A DNA stretch of 64,000 nucleotides from Blasia pusilla (Eukaryota): positions 40,238,001 to 40,302,000 of the forward strand of contig CM114271.1 in the NCBI GenBank assembly GCA_050084515.1. The letters run 5' to 3'. Position numbers and translations under genes: made by a program. This document shows, one piece after another, positions 14,301 through 24,314 of this stretch. Under the pieces are notes generated by a model that had not been told where the DNA came from, did no database searches, and saw only the letters and a list, made by a program, of their open reading frames with translations. Each line of letters begins with the position of its first letter. Within the stretch, counting starts at the first letter, position 1.

Positions 14301-14788
14301 TGTCACGTCTCTTAGGATAGATCGGTGAGATCTAGTAGAGCGCCTTCATGAGTAGCGGAGGACAAGCTTGGTAGGTCAAGAATGACCTGCTGAGGCCCCG
14401 AGAAACGTGAGAGAGCAGGCTTCCCCCTCGTTTCGGCTCATTTGGAGCCATATTGAGGAACTTACTATTTTAGATAAGTACCATTTTGAGTATGTGATCG
14501 ACTTTATATTTTTGGTAAGTGTCCCTTGACCTCCTACATGAGGTCAAGAGCCAAGGAGGTGACTTGGGAGCATAGGTAACCATGGAGAGAGCTTGGGAGA
14601 GGGGAGGGATATACCTCAAGGAGAGAGAGCTCGAGAGCTCATTCTTTCTTTGTTGAACCTCTTGGCATGAGGCGGCGGAGCTATGGTCTTGAGCTAGAGA
14701 GTGGGTTTGGTTTGACATTGAGAGAGACATGTGAGAGTGCACATATGTGAGAACTATGGTGTTGTGAGAGAGATTGGATCTTATTTTA
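14301..14788 (+). repeat. Terminal repeat A1 of copy 2
   Basis: TGTCACGTCTCTTAGGA...GATCTTATTTTA; direct repeat of 23654-24187. Confidence 0.92.
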
Positions 14789-16099
14789 CAAACAAAGAAT
14801 GAGTGAGTGAGAGAGCTTCACGAGGGAGCTTGCTGGTCACTCGCTCGTTTTGCACGTTGGGGATTGTATTCCCCGTTCAGCGGTTCATGGGAGTGCTCAC
14901 CGGAGCAAGAGCCGCTTAGTTGTGATGTTTCCTTTGCCGATTTTTCGTGTGGAAAAGTGGTGCGCGGAAGCGCTGACCAATTTTTGATAGGGATTGAGTA
15001 TGGGGGCGGATTGCCCCATGCCGGTGCTCTGAGAGCACCATGTAGCTTGCTGATTTGTGTTCTCACATGTTGTACATTTTCGTTGGGAGAAATCAACACG
15101 GAAGCGCTGCCGAATTATGTGTAGGAGAGAGAGACATTTTGTTTTATGACAATCCCCACATGTTTTTACTTGGATGTTCGATTCCAAATATTTTTTGATG
15201 CTCTCGTAGATCGTGAAGCTTTGCACGCTTTGGAATAAACGGTGCAATTTGGAGTTGCAAGAAACAAGTTATGATCAATCTTGCAAAAGTGCCATTGCTA
15301 GGTGATTTTTAGGGTTAAATCGTTCAAACCCTTACCCAGCCGCCACGGCGGCGGCGGCCGTCGCCGTGAGAGTCAGCATCAAAAATCCGCCGTCAATGGT
15401 CATTGGTCAACCGTCAAAATCAACGGTCAACCGTCACTGTCAACGATCCACCGTCGGCTGTTGATGTCGCCTAGCGCTCCACTGAGCCGCATTCGGCCGT
15501 TGTCCACCCTTTTGTTGTTATTGCCGCCATTACGGAGTGGAGGGTCTTCCATGACCATCATTGATTCTGCAACTTGCGCCGCATATGCTGCCGAGTGCCG
15601 TGCTGTTTGTAGCGGTTCCGTTCCGCCAGTGCCGCACCGGATCGTTGGACCTGCACCTCACATCGAGGAGGTTTGAGCAACGTCAGTACGAGAGGAGTAC
15701 GACTTGCTGATTGGAGGAGTTGTCTTCATGATCGAGTTGGGGTCGAGATTTGCAGTTGCCGAGGAGCGATATCGATATTATTGTCAGGTTACCCATTATG
15801 GTCTCTGACCTTGCACGTGTGAGGGATTTCCGGATATTGGGAAGTTATTTGGGATATTAGGTTTCGTGCTGATGCTAGTAGCATCGATGATGTATGGGTT
15901 TAGGGGACATAGATCTGTGTGGGATGTCCAGAGTTGAGGATGGTTTGTCGATGAGACAATAGATTGATTGATTTTCCGCACCACGCTGCTTGTTGCCACA
16001 CAACACACGTCTCAGTGAGAGAGTGGAGATTGAGTTCCGCATGTTTAGTTTGAGTGATTGAGGGATTACTCGCGAGATTGAGAGTGATAATGTGAGAGG

Positions 16100-17580
16100 G
16101 GCACGAGGGCCATCACCGCGTCCTTTCAGGATTTTGAGAGGCGAGGTAGTGGATTTGAGAGTAGCTCTGGAGGGTTTACCCGGAGTGGTGCGAGGTTTCG
16201 AGGGTCTCCACGTGAGAGACCACCTCGATCTCCTTCTGTGTTATCTTCAGACGAGGGGGAGCATATAGAGGAGTGTGTTAGTGATCCACCGTACACATTG
16301 AGTGGTCCTACCAGTTGGGCATACGAGATGGAAGACCGGGGTAGAGGATTGCGTAGGTTTTTGGGTGCTGTAGGCACTATAGATCTACACGACTTTATTG
16401 CGGAGTTTAGGAGTTGGTGTGACTCACAGCGGGCCAGGAACTCTAGAGAGTTCGACCCATTTACAGCATGGAACGGTATGTTCCAACATTTAGAGGGGCC
16501 TCCCATGGACGATTACCATGAGTTCTCCCATAGATATGCCCAGGAGATTGAGGCATGGCGACTCTACTACGACCCACACTAAGTGTCATGGACGGAGCCA
16601 TTCCCAGATGAGGAGGAGGAGTCAAGAGAGGCTACTTCCTCTTCCACTAGTGATGTTTTAGGAGGGGTCACTCGCACTAGAGCAGTTGCATCATCTAGTC
16701 GGGTTCGTCCCAGGTTCAACCACGTGGTTGAGTTCTTCGCTGAGTTGAGGGCAAGCTACCAAGGGCTACGGACGGAGAAGTTGCGGAGCATCCATGACTT
16801 CCAGAGGCGCATGGGTGAGAGTTTGCGTGAGCCTTACACTCGCTTGCACCGGTTGATCAACGTCACTCAGGGGATGACAGAGGCTCAGGAAATCCAATCA
16901 TGGTACGTGATGTTGGACCGGACCCTGCAGACACGGTATGAACACGTTGAGAGATGTTTTTAGGATTGCCGAGAACGTTGACCGCAACATGGCGGAGGAG
17001 AGCGTAGCCACCACGGGTTCTCGGCGAGAGCAGTCACGATTGTGTGCACCACCTGTGCAACAACGTGGACTCCGAGATAGGTTGACTGTGGCACCACGAG
17101 CTCAGGGAGGATACCGGGAGGCCGTGCCACAAAGACCTGCGCCTTTATATGCGGCTCAGCAGCAGCCACCTATTCTTACTTGTTGGTCATGTGGTGAAGC
17201 CCATGATCAGCGCGATTGCACTCGTCAGGGTCACGGACGTGTGCCTCAACATGGAGGAGGAGATGGCGCTGCACCAGGAGGTTATAAGTGTGTCTATTGT
17301 TAGAGGTATGGTCATACACGCGCCAAGTGTTTAAGTTTACATCCTGAGTTATGTTCGGACCGAGGGCTAGAGAGGGCACCAAAGCGAGTAGCCGGTCCGG
17401 GTGGAGCTAGAGATCGTGCATCAGGTGGTCCCTTTGGGGGACGAGGAGCTCGAGTTGCCCGACAGGGTGGTGGAGCTGGCCGTGGAGGAGGTAGAGTACC
17501 ACCACCTAGACGCGCTGAGGGAAACACTGGACGTGAGGCTGGGATGGCTGCTCAGATATAGCAACTACAAGAGCAGATTG
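16100..17580 (+). pseudogene. gag (capsid-like domain plus two zinc knuckles); start approximate
   Basis: FQRRMGESLREPYTRL retrotransposon-gag motif; CWSCGEAHDQRDC and CVYC*RYGHTRAKC knuckles. Confidence 0.85.
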
Positions 17581-18239
17581 CCACTATGGCATTGAGGTTA
17601 CCCGATGCCGGATCCGTGGCATCGATATCATATGGAGCAGCCAGAGATATGGAGGATCTTGGTTGGATGGGTAGGGTTGCCCAGATGGAGGCCGCCGTAG
17701 TTGTGATGCGTGGAGCAGCCGTAGAGTTGGATCCACAGCGAGGGCAAGCCAGAAAAGAGACAAGGCTTCCTCAGTCTTTCACATTGTCCAAAGCGTTGAG
17801 GACCCCATCGATGGGTCGTCATCAAAGTTCATGGAGAGTTGGTGATGTTGTTGGTGTGCAGGCATAGAGGGCGATGGGAGAAGCAAGTGCGACGACTCCT
17901 ATTGTTGATGCTCAGGAGGGGCATATGTCGAGCACATTGTTGGGGGCAGCCACCGTTGTGTATCGCACTTCTTTATTTTCTACTCTCGATGTTATGACGT
18001 TGGGGGGTACGCCGGCCGAGGCTTTTCAGTTGGCCGCTTCACTATGTGAGCGCGGAGTTGGAGTTCCTGCATCACGTTGAGAGGTGATTGCAGAGGAGGT
18101 GATGGACCTGCCTTTGGAGCGGATGCTCGGGCCTTCCATGTCAGATTCATGGCAAGCTGCGACTACTAGGATGGCGAAGAAGCCCGCTAGACCCGCGATA
18201 GAGCGTGCCATGGCTTCTCCTGGTGTTGTATTGCTGGAT

Positions 18240-18626
18240 AAGCGAGGAGAGGTCTTCCAGTTAGTGAGTCCCGAAGGTAGAGCTTTTAGTCCGCAATGCA
18301 TCTTGTTGGATTCAGGAGCGCAACCCCTGATGTTGGGGAAAGAATCATTCAGACGATTGGGCTTGACGAGAGCCGATGTGGAGCCTTGTCCATTCCGGAT
18401 ACAGACATCCTTGGGTGGAGCGAGTACCACACAATATATCCCCCGACAGGAGGCCATGGTGAGGATTCGCCGGGGACATCCTACAAATGAGTCCATGGTG
18501 CGAGCCAAGGCGATAGTGACTGATGCAGAGTCCTATAACGTCTTGGTTGGTGGAGTTGTGTTATACCCGATGGGGTTTTCCCTGGATTACTCAGAGGAGT
18601 CAGCGTCCTACAGACCAGGACGGTAG
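18240..18626 (+). pseudogene. Retropepsin-like aspartic protease
   Basis: ILLDSGAQPLMLG catalytic motif and downstream YNVLVG. Confidence 0.88.
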
Positions 18627-19019
18627 TAAGGTGATGGGAGCCTTAGCTCATTACCCGTTCGATTCACAGGTGCAATGATCGAGCGACGGCTAAGAGAGGT
18701 GGCGACCTTAGCAGCATTTAGCAGTGCCATCACTTGGCCTAGTGGTTTGATTGAGGGACATGTCCATGCAGAGGATACTCCCGTTCCTGAAATTTCTATG
18801 GAGAGGAGTGTTATGGTAGGCGCATCATTTCGTGGAGGAGAGGTGTCGTTGTGGGGCTCGACTGAGGAGCTTCAACGATTGGCAGATGAGCACGTGCAGA
18901 GCGGGTGGAGCGAGGCGTTTGCACCGGAGCATGACGGGTCTAAGGAACCCGAGGTAGCAGGGAGTACTAGGATGACACCCTTGGATACCACACCCATTGT
19001 GTGGTGTATCTCGGAGGAG

Positions 19020-19975
19020 GGTATTTGAGTGTTAGATCTCTTTGGAGGGATTAGCACCGAGTTAGCTGATGTTTTGCAGGCAGGGGTGCGAGTGCAACAG
19101 TACATGTATGTGGAGATTGATGATGTTGCAAGGCATGCTTCACTTCACCATGTGGCACTGTTACGCCTCCGTTTTCCAGACTTGTTGTCTATGTCCACCA
19201 TTCAGGGTCACCAGAGTTCCCTACTGAGGGACATTTCATTGTTGGGGGCATATGACTTGGAGCGGGTAGGGACCATAGACCTAGTCATTGCTAGTTGGCC
19301 GTGTTAGGGCCAATCGAGTGCTGGACGAGATAGCGGGTTAACTGACACTCGAGCCAGGTTGTTTTGGGAGATGATGTGGATCTTGCGACATTTACAAGAG
19401 CATCAATCTCGTTCTCTAGCATACATTTTGGAGAATGTGCCAATTTTGGGCGATTCAAGGTCCCGCGTGGTGATGAGTGTACATCAGGTGCATGCATGGT
19501 TTAGCTCAGCAGTGTTGTTAAATGCGGCGAGTGTTGGTTCACGAGCACATCGCCCGCGTCTTTGGTGGACCAACTTGGTACCACACGAGGTGTTACCGAG
19601 GGCATATGCGAGAATGGAGCATCCCTCCAATTTGTTGGTGGATTCTATATTGGATCCGGGTCGTCGATCACAAGCAGTGAGGCACGATGATCGACCGTTG
19701 TTGATTGTGGTGAACAGGATTGGCAGGCCACAGGCAGCCTTTCCCATATTGGTGAGTTTTCCCGCTTCATATGCATTCAAGGAGGCCGGAGGTGGCTTGG
19801 TTTGGGATGACCAAGTACAGAGGTTGGTGGAGCCCAACCCCGATAAGCGAGAGCGAGCGATGGGATTCCCCATAGGAGTGACTACAATACCGTCACTATC
19901 AGAGGCATTGCGACGTCATGTCTTGGGTTAGGCGATGGATCTGAACTTCTTGACATGGATTTTCAACTTAGGAGT
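19020..19975 (+). pseudogene. C5 DNA cytosine methyltransferase domain, DNMT3-like, inside pol
   Basis: Motif I VLDLFGGI, II YVEID, IV DLVIASWPC*G, VI ILENV, VIII AHRPRLWWTNL, IX RERAMGFP, X RRHVLG*AMD. Same reading frame as protease and RT. Confidence 0.93.
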
Positions 19976-20279
19976 AGCTGAGTAGCGTTTTTTGAGGATG
20001 CGACAGATCACCGCTGTTGCGTTGGTGAGCCCCATGCCTACCGAGACGGTTAAGGCAACGGCTGGGGGCGAGATCCGAGGAGATCAACACACCAGGGGTG
20101 ATCGGAAGAGACACCCTTGGACTTCTTGGGATGTTTTGCAGGTACACGAGGAGATGATAGGCACAACATCAAGTGTGGTTTCAGATACTACATGTGGAGA
20201 TGAGAGTTCTATTGTCTGAGACGGAGTTGCACCATAGCAACCACCGACACCTGCGCCAGAGAGTCCTACCGTAGTCACG

Positions 20280-21733
20280 ATGGAGACTTGGGAGCCAGAT
20301 ATGGGCCCTAAGTTGACAGGAGGAGAGCGGCGCCAGATACACCAATTCCTTAGGAGTTATAGGAGGTGTTTTGCATTTAGTATGCATGATTTGGGTACGC
20401 TGAAGGGTCCAGGGATCCGCATTGAGTGGTCGAGTGACACGCTGATCTTCCGACAACCCTACAGGTGCAGTGACATGGAGAGGGCTCTGATTCAGAGTAG
20501 GAGCCAGGACTTGGTTGGAGCAGGACTAGTCGAGATGTTGCATGGAGAGTATGCATCTGCCACTATCATGCCCGCCAAGAAGGATGTGCATGGAAACTGG
20601 ACGGATAGGCGAAAGTGTGGAGATTACCGACTTATCAATCGGCAGACGAAGTCCGATAGGTATGCCATGCCCACCCTTGAGGAGATCTTTCATGCAATTG
20701 GGCATGCAAAGGTCTTTAGTTCATTGGATTTACGATCCGGATACCATGAGTTGCCTATCAGATTGGAGGACAGGCAAAAGACGGCATTTTGGGGTATCGA
20801 TCCTCACGGGAAGGATTGTTTGTACCAGTGGCGGTTCTTACCATTCGGGTTAAAGAACGCCCCCGACTGAGTTTGAGAGGGTCATGGATAGGATCTTGGC
20901 AGGTCTAGAATTTGCTAGGTGTTATATTGATGCAATCGTAGTCTTTAGCGCCACGGTTGAGGAGCATGAGCGACATCTAGAGGAGATGTTTCGACGATTG
21001 CAGTTACATGGGCTGAAGCTACATCCAGGCAAATGCAAGTTCTTCTACGACCAGATTGAGTACTTGGGTCATACAATATACCCTGGGGGCCTTGGTGTGC
21101 AACAGACGAAGGTAGGGGCTATTTCACGCAATCCACGCCCTACAGATGTGAGCCGCGTTCGTGCATTCATCGGATTGGCCAACTACTATCGGCGGTACGT
21201 CAAGGGGTTCAGTTCGATTGCAAAGCCACTGACCTTGCTGACCAAGGTGGATCATGAGTGGCACGGGGGATGAGCAAGAGCGAGCATTTCAGCTGCTCAA
21301 GGACAGATTGACGTCCGCGCCTATCTTGAGGAGACCGATCAAGGGGCGTCCTTTCTAGTTGCACACAGATTGGAGCATGTTGGGGCTTGGAGCTGTGCTC
21401 ACCCAACATGATGATGAGGGTAGAGAGTTTATGGTGGCTTACGCTAGACGTTCGAACAACATTGCAGAGGCAAAGTACAACTTGTATGAGGGTGAGTGCT
21501 TGGCTGCAGTCTGGGCTGTCGCACATTTCACGTGTTACTTATTCGGCAACCCCTTTACCATCATCACTCATCATCAACCACTACAGTGGTTGATGATGTC
21601 CAACAAGCTTACAGGGAAGCTTGCGAGATGGGCTCTATTGCTGCAGGAGTACGATTTTCAGGTGGTACATAGACCTGGGACGCTCAACCAGGATGCAGAT
21701 GGGCTGAGTCATAACCCATGCCCGAGTCAGTGA
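20280..21733 (+). pseudogene. Reverse transcriptase and RNase H
   Basis: DYRLIN, LDLRSGY, LPFGLKNAP, YIDAIVVF, YLGH, HTDWS, EGECLAAVWAV, DADGLS. Confidence 0.96.
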
Positions 21734-22024
21734 GATGCGACTGGAGCTCGATGGCATGGAGAGAGTGATGAGGAGTCAGTGCCAGGATGGCACGCGTCAG
21801 CCTTTTTAGGCTTGTTGTCTATGGAGAGCCAGAGTGTGGAGACTTTGATAGCGAGGTCCTTGGATCTTGAGGCCAGTGAGCAGACGACATGTGGCCGAGA
21901 TATTCATGATGATGGAGTAGTCTTGGAGTATGTGCGTACTGGCAACGTTGCGAGCATAGTGGATTCTAGAGAGCGGGATTGGATCCTACAGCGGGCCAGA
22001 CGGTTCCGCTAGGAGGGGAGGCAT

Positions 22025-23190
22025 GTGTTGCGAGTGTGGGAGGATGGTAGAGTGCGTGTAGTGCCTCATCCTTCGCAGAGAGCTCGTTTGGTGCATCATC
22101 CCCACGAGGAGTTGGGTCATTTTGGAGTGAAGCGGACATATAGCTTGCTCCAGATTCAGTATTGGTGGCGAGGCATGCAAACTGACGTTCAGCAGTTTGT
22201 TGCCAGATGCATGGTGTGTGATCGAGTCCGAGCATCGTTCTATGCTCCAACTTTCTAGTTGCATCCACTTCTGATCATGGGTTTAGGTTATAGATGGAGT
22301 TTGGATTTTTTTGAACCTTTGCCTTTGACGGAGCGCCATAATCGTTATGTGTTGGTGATGGTCGAGAACTTCTTGAAGTGGATAGAGTTGGTTGCATTGC
22401 CTGAAAAAGTGAGTGAGGGAGTAGCGTATGCCTTCCTAGATCGAGTGCTGAGTCATTACGGTGCACCAGCTGAGGTGTTGATAGACCACGGTACAGAGTT
22501 CCGCGGGGAGTTTTAGGCCTTGTGCGATCAGGCACTGATCGACCACCGCACTACTTCATGAGATCATCCTAAGGCGGATGGACTAGCGGAGCAGGTTGTG
22601 CACACGGTGAAGAGAGGACTATGCAAGTATGGCTTGTAGAGAGGTCACCTAGGAGATTGGGACCTTCAGTTGCCGTGCTTTGTGATGGGATACAGATTCA
22701 GCAAGCAAGCATCCTTAGCGTCTTTCTCACCGTACTTGTTGCTTTATGGCCGTGAGCCCGATTTACCTGCGGCCGTTCGTCGAGATACTGGTGAGGTGTT
22801 GAACCTTGATGACCCTGATGTAGGGATGCAAGCATGTTGTGAGAGGGCTGAGTTGTTTTGGAGAGTGATGCCCATGGCGTTTGAGAACTTGGCGATTGCG
22901 CAACATCGGGATACGTTGAGGTATGCAACTATTCGGGGAGGTGGTTATCGACCTACTATTCGGAGGTTTCATCAGGGAGACTATATCTACTTGCAGCAGA
23001 CGACACCCACGACATTGGATGTGACTGCAGGGCGCACCATCTTGACAGTGCGTGAGGTTTTGCCATCCGGTGTTCTCTTATTGGAGGGACAAGATGGTAT
23101 GGTTTGGAAGGGCCATGTGCGTAATTGTGCGCCATGTCATCTTCCGAACATTGACGATACAGTTGATCCGAGCTTAGCAATAGTTTCTGC
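22025..23190 (+). pseudogene. DDE integrase (HHCC zinc finger, core, C-terminal domain)
   Basis: HPHEELGHFG...CMVC, WSLDF, IDHGTEF, DGLAEQVV, FSPYLLLYGREP. Confidence 0.93.
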
Positions 23191-23199
23191 AAGCTTGCA

Positions 23200-23341
23200 G
23201 TGTATGTTGTGTGGTTCTGCCCGTGGTGCATCCACTATGCTAGTCTATGATGGGTGTTCGAGAGGATGGCATATGGCATGTTTGACGCCACCTCTTACTA
23301 GGGTTCCTCAGGGACGATGGATGTGTCACGGATGTATATAG
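23200..23341 (+). pseudogene. PHD finger fused to integrase C-terminus
   Basis: CMLC...MLVYDGCSRGWHMACLTPPLTRVPQGRWMCHGC: a C4HC3 pattern with one Cys changed to Tyr (TGT>TAT). Confidence 0.9.
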
Positions 23342-23508
23342 AGTTGGTAGTTCTACATTCTAACTTGTGTCTCTGACATGGATGACAAGAAGGCGACTAG
23401 CGATGGGGCCACATGAGCACCCGGCCTTCTTGCTCTTAGCGTCCGAGAGATGTATGTCATGGTAGGTAGGGTTAGATGGCTATCTGGAGTTAGAGGGACC
23501 TAACCACC

Positions 23509-23522
23509 AAGTAGGGGGGCGA
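23509..23522 (+). promoter_or_regulatory. Polypurine-tract-like sequence before B1
   Basis: AAGTAGGGGGGCGA; the equivalent in copy 3 is AGGGAGGAGA (58747-58756, minus). Confidence 0.55.
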
Positions 23523-24314
23523 TTGGATATATTTTGGTACTTCTTGTCTCGTTGTTTGGATGCCATGAGTTAGCATGTGATTGTGTGTGTTTGTGTGTGT
23601 GTGTTCGGTGACATCGATGTATGTTGTGTAGCGATATGTATGCGCACGACAACTGTCATGTCTCTTAGGAGACGTGACAACTCTACTAGATCGGTGAGAT
23701 CTAGTAGAGCGCCTTCGTGAGTAGCGGAGGACAAGCTCAGTAGGTCGGGGATGACTTGTTGGGGCCCAGGGAAACCTCAGAGAGCAGGCTTCCCCTTCGT
23801 TTCGGCTCATTTGGAGCCATATTGAGGAACTTACTATTTTAGGTAAGTACCATTTTGAGTATGTGATTGACTTTATATTTTTGGTAAGTGGCCCTTGACC
23901 TCCTACATGAGATCAAGAGCCAAGGAGGTGACTTGGGAGCATAGGTTACCATGGAGAGAGCTTGGGAGAGGGGAGGGGTACACCTCAAGGAGAGAGAGCT
24001 TGAGAGCTCATTCTTTCTTTGTTGAGCCTCTTGGCATGAGGCGACGGTGCTATGGTCTTGCTTGCCTTGTGTGTGTAACCCAAGCGTCTCGTTAGGAGAG
24101 TGGGTTTGGTTTGACATTGAGAGAGATATGTGAGAGTGCACACATGTGAGAACTATGGTGTTGTGAGAGAGATTGAATCTTATTTTATTGGAGATATTTT
24201 GGTACTTCTTGTCTCGTTGTTTGGATGCCATGAGTTAGCATGGGATCGTGCGTGTTTGTGTGTGTGTTCGGTGACAACGATGTATGTTGTGTAGCGATGT
24301 GTATGCGCACGAAA
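23523..24314 (+). repeat. 3' composite terminal repeat B1-A2-B2 of copy 2
   Basis: B (TTGGAnATATTTTGGTACTTC...GCGCACGA(C/A)A, ~130 bp) occurs twice, flanking a second copy of A. Confidence 0.92.

Larger units (their letters stand above)
14301..24314 (+). mobile_element. Gypsy-like retrotransposon, copy 2, essentially complete (~10 kb): gag-PR-DNMT-RT-RH-INT-PHD with split direct repeats
   Basis: All domains recognisable in Gypsy order. Repeats A1 14301-14788, B1 23523-23651, A2 23654-24187, B2 24188-24314. AACT flanks both sides (14297-14300 and 24315-24318). Confidence 0.95.

Noticed and set aside
19020-19975. Host DRM/CMT gene or bacterial restriction-modification contaminant
   Set aside because: Intronless, in frame with pol, at the same position in copy 1, unpermuted motif order, and no chromodomain or restriction gene nearby.
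14301-24187. Ordinary LTR pair A1/A2
   Set aside because: The PPT-like tract precedes B1 rather than A2, B is duplicated around A2 in two independent copies, and no PBS follows A1.
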